From Lama guanicoe (lineage: Eukaryota): a stretch of 64,000 bases of DNA. Positions 26,073 through 37,699 of this stretch are shown piece after piece (the stretch's first letter is position 1; every line of letters starts with the position of its first letter). The DNA is taken from positions 25,436,764 to 25,500,763 of the forward strand of contig MU057352.1 in NCBI GenBank assembly GCA_013239625.1, written 5' to 3'. A program made the position numbers and the translations under genes. The notes below the pieces were generated by a model. The model had not been told where the DNA came from and did no database searches. It saw only the letters and a program-made list of their open reading frames with translations.

Positions 26073-26254
26073 NNNNNNNNNNNNNNNNNNNNNNNNNNNN
26101 NNNNNNNNNNNNNNNNNNNNNNNNNNNNNNNNNNNNNNNNNNNNNNNNNNNNNNNNNNNNNNNNNNNNNNNNNNNNNNNNNNNNNNNNNNNNNNNNNNNN
26201 NNNNNNNNNNNNNNNNNNNNNNNNNNNNNNNNNNNNNNNNNNNNNNNNNNNNNN
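26073..26254 (-). other. ADCY8: 182-nt N gap, predicted to hide the 90-nt alternatively spliced ADCY8 exon (~exon 11)
   Basis: Only gap between the 28235 and 16239 exons. The minus-strand flank reads cactaac (branch-point-like, 26277-26271) ccgtctccagctcaca|N, which needs one more G to form an acceptor. The exon itself is not visible. Confidence 0.7.
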
Positions 26255-26674
26255 TGTGAGCTGGAGACGGGTTAGTGTGCTGTCTTGCTGGGCTTCAGCA
26301 AGTGCCTGGGGCAGACCTGGCCCTCGAGGGGCTTGGTTTCAGAATGAAGTGCCAGCTGGAATCTTCCTTTCTAATGCTGGCTCAGACAAAACATTTGCAA
26401 GCCACTCATGAGACCAGGCTAAGAATGCTCTGTTGGTCCTGTCGTCACGTAGGGTCACTGGTGTGTGCTTGCGGGGCTCAGAAGTGAGAGCCAGATGGCA
26501 GGAGAAAAGGTCTGGGGGGACATTCACGTCTGTCTCCACACCAACGGCCGGGAGGACTTGAGGGATCCGAGGGAGTACATTTTCCAGACTCTCAGCCTCG
26601 GGATGGTGGGCACTGCCTCGGCTGGGAATGGCTGCAGGAGACTTTGTGGCACTCAGAAAAGGACAGCTACCACC

Positions 26675-26895
26675 GGCTGAATGCCTCCACTGTGCCAGAC
26701 ACTGTGAACAAAAAGGCCGCACAGCCACGTGGTGATGTAGCTACTACTTTTATCCCCATTTTACAACTGAAAAACATGAAACTCTGAGAAGTAAAGTAAC
26801 TTGTCCAGGGTCACTGAGCTGGTAAGTGGTGGAGCTGAGATGTGAACGCAGGTCTATCTGACTCCAAAGCCTCTGAACTTCCTTCTGCACCACTG
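26675..26895 (-). mobile_element. MIR SINE
   Basis: tatccccattttaca...aagtaacttgtccagggtcactgagctggtaagtggtggagctgagatgtgaac...ctgactccaaagcc. Confidence 0.82.
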
Positions 26896-28234
26896 TGGCA
26901 TGGCTGGCCCCAGAGGTAACCCTGACCTACAGTCACTGGGTTTATCTCTAAATCCTGCACCCCAGAAACATCTGATTGATCAAGACTTGAGATCCTGGCT
27001 ACAACTCTGCAGTTGGTGATAAACGATCCTAAGTACTTCCCATTTTCAATTGCAATTATCTATAAAATATTCATTAGGTGAGGAATTTAATTAGATTATT
27101 ATTTCCCTTTTCATTATCCCATAGACCCCTTTACTCCAAGGCCAACCATGGGGCTTGAGCAACATAGACTGGAAGCAATTATTCGGCCAATTTGGACAAT
27201 GGATTTCAGGCAGTATATGCCCTCAACTCACAGGCTGACAATCATTAGAGTCCACAGTTTGGGTCCCTGAACACTTGGAGACCCTCGCTCAGGCCCAAAA
27301 GGCATAGTGATGGTTTCAGCGACAAGATAATGCCTCAGTTAGCCTCCCTCAATGTCCAGAAACTGGAATCAGATAAATCTCTCCTAAAATCTAGATCTCT
27401 AAATCATGGACAACACAGAGTATTTGGATATGCACAGAAATGCCTATAGCTACCACGTTACCATTCTAGAGAGAAAATGAAATCATTAAAGCATGGATCA
27501 CCGGATTAAAAACCACGATAAATATGGCAGTTGGAGATTCATCTGAGTTCGATGTGTCACATCCAATACGAACTCTTAGAGCATCATAGGCAAGATGCTC
27601 AACCTGCCTGAATTGCAGTTTCCTCATCCGTTACATGGAAACAATAATACCTACCTGTGGCACATAGTAAGTGCTCAATAAATGACAGCTATTTATTTGC
27701 ATTCCCCCCCGTTCCCACTCCCAGAGATACAATTTGGCATACGAGAATGAGCACGAGTCATGGAGTCAGACAGACCTTATCAGCAAGTTATTTCATGTCT
27801 CTGAGCCTCAGTTTCCTCAGCCATAAAGTGGGGATAATGAGACTTACCTCACGGGATTTATGTGAGGATAAAATACAAAAACCACAGCTCCTCCATCAGT
27901 GCATGGCACACAGCAGGTGGATACTTAATAAATGGCAACTCTTACAGTTGTAATTGACTGGCCACTGACAGTACAGAAACCTAGGGGCGTTTGGAGCTCC
28001 TTTAGAGCCAATCACCTCGCCCACTGGGAAAAAAGACAATTTACCACCAGTAAAATGCACAGTTCTGACAGCAGAGCCCTACCTTCCTTCTCTATCCCTA
28101 AGCTTGGGGCTGGACCAGGCACGTGAAGGTAACCGGTACCAAGGAAGGCAATGCAAGAAGCTGCAGGTTCCATAAACTCTTAATTCCTGGCTACACACTA
28201 GGTACCAAAGGGTTGGTGGGCTTGGAACGCTTAC

Positions 28235-28436
28235 GATATTTAAGATGGCGCCCAGGAAGTTAATCAAGATGGATGCAAAGATGATGACGTTTCTGGCCAA
28301 ATAGGTCTCGTTAATCCAACAGCAAGTTTTCCGGAGGACCAAGGGCAAACACTTATAATCCTCTGCAGTGGTGATGAGGACCAGAGCCGAGTGCAGCATA
28401 ATCAGGATGGAAAACTGGATGGCCATTGGCATCACC
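28235..28436 (-). CDS. ADCY8: ADCY8 coding exon (202 nt, ~exon 10): (R)[67 protein letters not shown]
   Basis: Acceptor tgtgtttccctgcag|GGTGATG and donor AATATC|gtaagc on the minus strand. Peptide recognised as an adenylyl cyclase 8 transmembrane segment. Starts by completing a phase-2 codon and ends in phase 0. Confidence 0.96.
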
Positions 28437-29764
28437 CTGCAGGGAAACACAGAACACTGGGTCACATGACATCAACTGTGTGATCTGCTCTCGCTGAGCA
28501 CCTCTGGCAATCATGTTCATGATCCCCTTTCCCCACTCCTTGCACCCAATAATTCCTTTAAAGGTCTGTTTGTTCAAGAAAAGGTCTATGAGCAGGAGAC
28601 TTAAAAAAAATTACACCCATCCCCAGAATATTCTGTCAAGAAACTTTGCAATGAATATCAAGTATTCGGCTTGATGTGTTGCTTCTGCCCAGTTTTTTTT
28701 TTTCTCTTCTTTTATCCTTCCTCTTCCTCACCAGGCAACTGCTGCCAAGGCAACACACAAGAATATTATCTCGGTACTCTGACTGTGGGAGGGACCCCCA
28801 TGTCCTTTCCCCTTCAAGGTGGGTTTTAGGAAATACTTTCCCTCTCGGCTGCTCGGATGCAAAGAATGGAACTTAGCATCTCTCCAGGTTGCTTGGTTAG
28901 CTAGCGATTACCATGGTTTGCACAGAGTATACCATGTGCCATGTGGGACACGGGTAAGTAGAACTCATCATTGCCCAAGGCTTCAACACCACTCCTAAGC
29001 ATATACCTCGAGCTTCAAAGCTCTGTTCCAAAGCTCTGTCCCATGGCAACTTCTGCCTGTTGGGCACTTCTGTTGGGTGTCAGGCTGTTTCTAGCAACTT
29101 GATGATCTGAAACCCCATCTCTGGGGGCATCTGCTTCCTCTCCCCATCAGCCAGTTTATGGCTTCTCTCTTGTTCTCTCTTCTTTGTCCAGCCATTTGTG
29201 TCCTCGGCCGGCATCCCTAATTTCTCTACCTCTGCTTCAGCTGGGGAACTGCTGCATGTTAAAAGGTGCCTTCATGGACGTGGTGGAGACTTTATATCCA
29301 CTCCTTCCTCTACAAAGTGCAGTGTGCCTGTTTGGCTTTAACAGTTTCCACTGGCTGGGGCTCAGTGAGGGTGCGTTTAGTGAATGAAACTGAACCACCT
29401 CCTTCTAATGCTACCTCTTCTTCTCCTCTTGCCTGAATTTTCCTATTTATTATTAACGACAATCGTGCAAGTAAGGTATTCAGCTCTGATTATGTGCTAG
29501 GCAAAATGTTAAGCACTTTATATAGGGTATCTCATTTCCATTCCTCAGAACAAACCTAAGAGGTCTTTTGATCTCTTTTTTTACGTGAAGATTTAAGGAT
29601 CAGAGAGGAGCACTTCCAAGGGGTTTCTGAGTCGGTAAGTACTGGAGGTAGTATATAAAGTTCACTCTGCTTTGCCACTCTGCTATCCTAGTCATTCTGG
29701 TGAGTAATGTGTCTCCCATGTTTGCAATAATCTTTTATGCTTCTGTGGTTTCAACATGATATTT

Positions 29765-30850
29765 CTTCATTCAACAAGCTTTCTTCCCAAGTAAACACCA
29801 GGAGTACCCAGGACCAGAGACACATCTTCCCCATCTTCTAGGAGATCATAATCTACAGGGGAATATGGATACACAAATGATGAAGTATTACATAATATGC
29901 TATGATCTATAAAGTGTTATGAACAACCATCATTTAGAAAATTAGAAAGGAAATCAAGAAAGACTTCACAGAAGAGGTGACATTTGGGTTAGATCTTAGA
30001 AGTTAGGGAGAAGGATTTTAGGGAGGAAAGGTTGGGGAACGTGAGCAAAGCATCAGAAGAATGGGAGTAACCAGTGTGCTTAGAGTTTTTCAGTAACCCA
30101 GGTGGTGAGGTTTGGGACTGGGGAGTAATTGGTCCAATAAATCCTGTGCTAGAAAGCTCTGCCTGGAGATAGTGCACTGATATTTAAGATGTTTAATCAG
30201 GGAAGGACATGATCAGGCCTGTGTATTTGAAAGACAACCATGGTGGAAGGTGGTGGGAGGCAGTGGGAGGTGGAGAGAAAGTGTTTAGAAGATTAAAATA
30301 GTTGAGGCCTGAGTTAAGGGAGGAACATAGGGTAACAGCAGTGGTAACTGGGAGGTTCAGGGAACAATGTGGAGGTAATTTTAACACGTGTTTTATACAT
30401 GTGCGTGGCGGGGCTTTTGGAAGAGAGAAGTCATTACAAGCGACACTAATGTGATAACTGTCTTAACTTGGTAAGTGCAGGAAGGAAAGCTAGCTTACAG
30501 GGGTTAAGGATGACGAATTTGATTTGGGGCAAGTTGAATTTGGGATGTTTGTGGATCGTCCAGCTGGAGACACTTAGATGTCTAGGCAGATGCTGTAGAA
30601 CTCTGGGTCTGGGGTGAACAGGTGGTGGCTGAAGATCTGAGAATGAAGGAACCCGCCCAAAGAGGGTGTGCAGAGTAAGAAGGAGGAGGAATAAAGATGA
30701 AGCCAGTGGGCTGGAAGAAGAGAAGGTAGCAAAGGAAATCTAGGAAATGCAGTCAGATACACAGGAGAGCAGGAGGGCATGGCATCATGACAGCCGGGAG
30801 GTAAGACATTTACAAGGAGTGAGTGAGGTCAAGCACCATGAGGGCTGGAA
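29765..30850 (-). mobile_element. LINE-2 fragment
   Basis: ttcattcaaca tail; gacttcacagaagaggtgacattt; gttgaatttgggatgtttgtgg...cagctggaga. Confidence 0.72.
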
Positions 30851-31321
30851 AGTGACTCCTCCCACAGCCCAGCTATCATTGTTGGAGGTCTTTCTTTTCT
30901 TTCTTTTTAATACTTCATACTTTTGATGTTATGGATCACCTTGATAGGAAATCTCTGCAGCAGGAGTCCCAGATAAGAACAGAAGATCTGTGCAGCAGTG
31001 GGTTCCCAGAGGGCTCCAAGCAGATGGGAAACTTCCCCCCAAACAGGCTGGAAAAATACTCCCTGACAACACACCATTATTCCCGGGCACCCAGGGGAGG
31101 CTGGTGATGGAGAATGCAGGTGGATTGCTTTGTCAGGCACGCCCAGGAGAGAAGGGGCCAATTCCAAACCTTATGCGTCTCAATAATGTGAAGCAGCCAC
31201 TGAGAACACAAATGCCTTGTTCCAAAGCGAAGGAAGAAGCTGATCAGGCAACGGTGAGTCAGAAAGCAGCTCAGCAGGCGCCTCAGACTCTTCCGCGGGC
31301 GGGGCTGCCACCCAGATGGAG

Positions 31322-31354
31322 TCTGCAGACCTTCTGCAGACCTTCTGCAGACCT
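31322..31354. repeat. 11-bp unit x3
   Basis: tctgcagacct, three exact copies. Confidence 0.92.
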
Positions 31355-32400
31355 CCACGCCACGTGCCTGGCCTGGAAGAGCTGCCCTTCACTCTCGCTG
31401 CTGCCTTTTCTCTCTCCGTCTCTCTGTTCCCCACGGGCAATCCTCAAGCACGTGCCCTAAACGCTACACTACCCCTACCCCTGTATTTTCTCAGTTTCCT
31501 GGGGGCACCTCCTGTTCATCCTTCAAGGCTCAGCTTTTCTTTGAATTCTTCCAAGACACCTGGCATAAGGCGAAGTATACAGAAAGTGCTCAATAAATGC
31601 TCACTGACTTTGGGTTTTTGTGGGGGGAGAAGACTCTGGTTCCCTTCTCACCAGCCTTCACAGGGAGGAGGATTCCCACCCACACTCCCCGCCCCTCTTT
31701 CGGCCCCCTTGCTGCATCTTAAATGAGGAGGAAGGGTCAGCCTTACTGGTCAGAGTCCGTCTGGGATGTTCAGTGAACCTGTTCTTAGGGGACAGGTTTG
31801 CTGTTAAAGGTCAGTGTTTATGCCAAGTTCAGATTCTCATCCAGACTAAGTCCCTCTAGATCCACTGTGATGGTCGGGAAGCCAGAGTCTTGACCTTCTC
31901 TATGGGAAGAGGCTTGGCCATCTCTTCTCCTTGGCCAGACCATCTCTTTCTTAAAGCAAAGAAGCTCAGGTCCCTCCAGGAAGTCCTGATGGGCACGTTC
32001 CCAGGTCTGCCTCCCATATTCCTTTGGCACTAATTGGTCTTTCCCAGCATCACAGCAATAAGACCCTACACTAAAGTTTGAAGGTGGAGTCGAGAAGGCA
32101 GGCAGAGATCCAAAAGATTCAGGATGGACATCTTGTGGTTTCTTGACATTAGGTGCATTCTGTATTCCAGCTTGTAGCATAGTTTTGCACAGGCAAAGTA
32201 AGCATTTCCTTGGAAATGTATGCAACTGATGCTTTGTTGCCCACTTAGCTATTGTGCCATTCTGTATACCTCTGGTGGGGTGTCAGGGGATGCCAGAGGG
32301 CTGTGTGGGAGGATGTGCACACAGAACCCACCTGAACCTCTAACAGCTGTTAACTGATCAGCACTTCCTTCTGGGTTTGCTGAAACAAAGGAAAGAGAGG

Positions 32401-32763
32401 TGCTATGGACTGAATGTGTTCCCCCAAATTTATTTGCTGAATCCTAATGTCCAATGTCCAATGTGATNNNNNNNNNNNNNNNNNNNNNNNNNNNNNNNNN
32501 NNNNNNNNNNNNNNNNNNNNNNNNNNNNNNNNNNNNNNNNNNNNNNNNNNNNNNNNNNNNNNNNNNNNNNNNNNNNNNNNNNNNNNNNNNNNNNNNNNNN
32601 NNNNNNNNNNNNNNCACCAGACACTGAAACTGCCAGTGCCTTAAGCTTGGATTTCCCAGCCTCCAGAACTGGGAGAGACAAGTTTGTGTTGTGATAAGCC
32701 ACCCAGTCTATGGTGTATATATATATATATATAATTATTTTTTTTAATAGCCTGAACTAGACA
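32401..32763 (+). mobile_element. MLT1-type (MaLR) solo LTR; includes N gap 32468-32614 and an internal (TA)n
   Basis: TG...CA termini (tgctatggactgaatgtg ... gaactagaca), characteristic cccagcctccagaactg and aagccacccagtctatggt. Near 5-bp TSD agagg/ggagg. Confidence 0.88.
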
Positions 32764-33804
32764 GGAGGTGAATGCAGGCGAGAGCAAAGCTTCGTGTGTT
32801 CGAACCTAGCTCCGAAACATGCCCAGTAACACACCTTGGGCTAAGTTACTAATTCTTCTGAGCATCATATTTTAATCTGCAAAACCAGAATTTTTAAGTC
32901 CACCTCTTAAAGAAGGCTCTGAGGTTAAAGTAATAAAGCAGAATAATGATAAGCACATAATAAGAACTCAAAGAAGCGTGCGTTTTCTTTCTCTGTTCAT
33001 GGTGAAACCCAGGAAACTAAAGGCATTTTAAAGATTTATGGGAAGAGTATTAATGGCAAGACAGGCTTTCTAAGCAAAAACTGGCACTACGTGTAAGATT
33101 CCTCTGGAAATCTCGGCAGCAGCTCCTCAGTGCTCATTTATTTCTGCGCACACAAAAACATTGTAACATTGGACTGCAATTTCTATCTAATTATAGAGCT
33201 ACTCAGGCGTCCAGGGGTTCTGAGCTTGCTTTTGCATTGTTGGTGTACATAAGAGGCAAGGAAACCTTTCATTTCTGAAATCGAGTCTGAAAAAGAATGG
33301 CAAGGGATTTGCAAACAGCTCTATCCAAATTTTTAGACATCAAGTTCTAATTACCCTCTGCAGCTCGCCTGTCTTTAAAACAGGGTCTGGGTCGGTATTA
33401 TGACGGAGGTTTGTGGGGGAGGCACGGATCAGTGGGGATGAGAGAACAGCTTAGAGCAGCTGGGGGTGCAACAGGAAACAGAAACTCAGACCGCACTGAA
33501 GGATGACGTTTGTACCACCCTGTAGAATCTGCAAAGAGCCTATGAATCCAATAGTGCATTTGATCTTTGTAGCAACCCTGAAACATAGGTATTCTTAGCT
33601 GCTTCAATAGATGAAAATACAGTGACTCAGGAAGGGGAGGGGAACCAGGATTTATCAAAATGGATATGGGCTCATTTAATTCTTACAGCAACACTGGGAA
33701 GTTGGCATTGTTATTTCCATTTTACAGATGAGAAAACTGAGGCTTCAGAGGGTCAAGTACATACACACATCTAGTAAGATGCACAGAGAGTATTAAGATC
33801 CAGT

Positions 33805-33972
33805 GTCCCTCCCTTTCTCCCTCCCTCCCTTCCTTCCTTCTTTCCTTCCTTCCTTCTTCCTTTCCTTCTTTCCTCTCTATCCTCTCTTGGCTTCCTCCCT
33901 GCCTCTTTTTCCCTTTCCCTCCTACCTCTTCCCTCCCTCCTTCTTTCTTTCCTCCCCTCTTCCCACCTCTCC
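33805..33972. repeat. Polypyrimidine (CCTT/CT-rich) low-complexity tract
   Basis: About 165 bp that is almost entirely C/T on the plus strand. Confidence 0.9.
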
Positions 33973-36666
33973 CATTACCGCGCATGCAGACTTAGCTACA
34001 CCTTTCTATAATTCCAAACAGTATTTGGTATTTTCTGCTCTTTCCTCAGTTGCCCCTTCTGGGAGAGGGACATCTGCATGCATGTGGAAATTAAAGGAAA
34101 GAGCCAGGCAAGCACTGTCTTTCTTTGCCAGGATTCATTAATTTTTGCTCTGGGGGCTGGGCATTAGCTGTGGTCCTATGAGCAGAGATTGCCTCATCTG
34201 CTAAAAAGCCCACGACAGAAGAAATGAGAATGAAAGGCACTTACCATCTGTTCAGTCGCAGAGAATCAATCAGAAACAAGGTGAGTTGGAGAGGAAAAGA
34301 GCTCATAGTGAAGGAAGCTTGTGCTGCGCCTGGGGCCGATGGGCCACTCAATTCCCACAACATGTGGACTGTCTGGTCAGAGCTCAGCTTGGAAGTTGTC
34401 TTCACTGTCAGTTTTTTCTCTTCGCTGAGCAAGTGAGGTTGGGGTGCTGGCTGGTATTTTAGTTACCGGCTTCAGCTTGCTCCCCAGAGTCAGAGACTCC
34501 ATCCAGCCAGCTGCGAGGTGGGGGGGGGGTTCCAGATCTCTTCCCCCTGAGCCCAGGAACTGGGTCCCAAGGAGGCTCACCTTCCTTGGTCACCCGATCT
34601 GGGAAGGGATCCTGCCCAGGCCAGCTGGCAAGTTCCATGCTTACTTCCTATGGGGCACGGCGACCCCTTCCTCTGTCCTAGTTTCAAGTGCAGATCCTCA
34701 AGTCCATCCTGGGCTCCTCCCCCTCTCTTGTCCCCTACATCCAGTCAGTCCTGGGAATTGTCAACTCTTTGTCTACATATGGAGCAAATTCTTCTTCTCC
34801 AGCTCACTCCACTGCCACTATCTTGTCTTTGTTATTTCTCGCCTGGAGGTTTGCAATTGCCTCCCAAATGCTCTTCCCAACTCCAGACCTCACCCCTCCA
34901 GCGTGACCCTTCTAAACACAAAACCGATCACCTCACTTCTTTAATTAAAATGCTTCAAGAAAGTCTCCTCTGCCAATCAGTCATCATTCCTCCATGAGGC
35001 TTACACACCCCTCACCTCCAGAGCACCCGATTTCCAGCCTTTCCCCCTCCCCTCCTTCTCAGTCTTCTCCGTGACCTGGAGAGCTCCTTCAGGAGGTGGT
35101 TGAGATGTCAGGGCCACCTTCTCCGGGAAACCTGCCTTGATCCCTCTGTGTACCTTACTCCTCCATCACCCATCCCACCTGACACTTTTCCCATCATGAG
35201 TCATCGCACTATATTATAGTTGTTCAACTAATTGTCTTTCCCCTAATGAGGGTGTAAACTTTGTGATGGCAGGGACCATGACTGTATGCCTCCGGGGTCC
35301 AGCAGAGACAGGCACAGAGTAAGTCCTCAGGATTTTGTTGGGAATGTCAACACCCTGAGCTCCAGGAGTCCAGAGGGGGCATGCACCAGACATGGCCACA
35401 CCAACATCTTCACGGGCAGGAGTGAAGAGGGGAGACCAGGAAGTTTGGGTAAATCTAGCAAGACCCCACGAACATTCACAGCTCACCACCCACAGACCAT
35501 CCCTTTCCCCAGCACCCTGGCCCCACATGGCTCTTGGGTAGTCAGGAAACCCATTCTCTTGTGACACTGCCTGATACCCCGTCCTGATTTATTCATTGTC
35601 ACAGCATATGCATATCCACATACACAGCACACATGATCTGCATGCCCACCATAGGGATAGCTACACGTGTATCTACATACATAGCGTATACATCTAGACC
35701 CATGCATGTATTTTAATTATTTGTCTCTTTCCATTAGGCTCAGAAAGGGAGGGGTTTTTTGGTTTGTTTCTTTCTTTTGTTTTTGTCTTTTTTGTTCAGT
35801 GATGTAATCTCAGCATCCAGAACAGATCTGGCTCATGAGAGACAAGGTTTTCCCAGCACCATTTGGAAGAGGTACATGGACCTTCCTTCTCTCTCTCTCA
35901 CTTAAAACCATTTTTTTTAACCTTTAAAATGAATCACAAATACAGAAAAGCATGTAAGTATAGCTGAATTAGTTGTTTTAAAGTGTCTGCCTCAGTAGTG
36001 ATCGCTGAGCTCACGAAAAAGAACTCTAAGGGGGGGGGATCCGAAAGCCCATCCATGTCTCGCGTTCCAGTAACAACCTTCTCTCCCACCCCCAGTTAAT
36101 CACTTCCCATTTCTTTAGTTTTACCATCCATTTTTAGACACTATAGTTTAGTCTTGCCCATTTTTTGTTAAATTTGATTTGTCTTTTAAGTCTTCAGAAA
36201 AAACTACAGTTTCTTTCTTTATGTCTTTATTTTCCCAGTTTACTTTTTGAAGGGTATATTCTTTTGACCTGTAGTATTTCTCACTGTCTGGATTTTACTT
36301 TTGTGTCCTCGTTCAATGTCTTCTGTCCCCTGTGATTCTTGCAAACTGGGAACGGGGTTCAAGGGTCTTGTCAGACTTAGCTTTGATTCCTTTGATAAGA
36401 CTTGCTGTCTTCTTCCATCAGGAGATGCCTTTCTTTGCCTGTCCTTTTTTAAGATGCCAATTCCTAGATCCATTAATTCACTGAGAGTTGAAAACGGTGA
36501 CATTTTAATTCTACACTTTCTTTTAATTTTATTAGCTTGAATAATTTTATGCTGTTTCCCCTCACGTGATCTTGCAGTTCACGCAGGAAAGACAGAAACA
36601 TTTATTTCTTTTGCATTTTTCACTAGTTTCCAACATAACAAATCAGTTCCCTATCCCCCACCAAAG

Positions 36667-36720
36667 GTCATCAACGCTTAAAATTGTCGTCATCAACGCT
36701 TAAAATGTTCATCATCAACC
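36667..36720. repeat. Tandem repeat, period 22, about 2.5 copies
   Basis: gtcatcaacgcttaaaat(tgtc) gtcatcaacgcttaaaat(gttc) atcatcaacc. Confidence 0.85.
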
Positions 36721-37660
36721 ATAAAGATTAAAATGTTTGCTGTTTTGGGTGGAGTGTTTGAACAGTTAACCCACACTGGAGCTCATTATTCCATCTTTGG
36801 ACAGTGGAAGCTTCTTCAGTGTGGTTTCTGAGTCCTTTAGACACGACTAACAAGCGCGATGGCTTCCTCGCGTTCTTGCAGGACAAGATGTTCCAGGCTT
36901 GCCTTACACATTTCCTGTGCCAGCCTTAGAATCACACGTATCTCCAAAATTAAAGGGAGAAAAAAACTGTGATGTGTTACTTCAAAGAGCACAACGTGGG
37001 CTAGACATGCTCACAAATACGGGCTTGGATGTTCTTCCTGGGACTCCCCATATTTGTGCCTCCAATACAGGATACCCACCACCTCCCTTTTAGGTGTCAT
37101 GTCTCCTTAGGCTCTTCTTGCGAAAGTTTCTCAGAATTCCTTTGCTTTCAATGACCTTGATCGTGTTGAGGAGTACTGGTCGGGTGTTTTGCAGAATGTC
37201 CTTCAGTTGGGACATCGTGCCTGATGTTTTCCTCATGATTATGTTTCCGGGAGGAAGACCACAGGGTCTGTGTGCCGTTCTCGTTACATCTTATCAACGT
37301 GACTTACGCCTGCTGGTGGAAGCATGAGCAGCTGGCTGAGGAAGTGTTTGTCAGGCTTCCCCGTGTTCTCCTCCCATCCTTACTGTCCTCCTTGGCAGGA
37401 AGCCACTTCCACTACAACTGCACGTGAGGAGTGGGGAGCCAAGTTCCACTTCATGGAGGACAGAGTATTTACATAAATTATTTAGATTTTTCTGCATAGG
37501 AAACTTATCTATTCTTTGCCTTTTATTTATTTATTTGGTCATTTATATCAGGATGAAACTGTGGGATATTTATTTTACGTTTTGGGTTATAACCTGATGC
37601 AATTTTATTTATTTTTTTGTTCAAGTTGTTCTTTTCCTGTGTCCCTCTGACATACCTCCA

Positions 37661-37666
<6 letters not shown>

Positions 37667-37699
<33 letters not shown>
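37667..37699. repeat. (TG)n microsatellite
   Basis: About 13 perfect TG units followed by tatgtgt. Confidence 0.95.

Noticed and set aside
25586-26259. Glu/Lys/Arg-rich and Ser/Phe/Leu-rich ORFs (also 33722-34141)
   Set aside because: Translations of purine/pyrimidine low-complexity DNA and N runs.
16239-28235. True evolutionary loss of the 90-nt exon
   Set aside because: An N gap of sufficient size with an acceptor-like flank explains the absence more simply.
28079-28465. 128-aa ORF as a stand-alone protein (also 16063-16266)
   Set aside because: These are ADCY8 exons read through into intron; the splice sites delimit the true coding parts.
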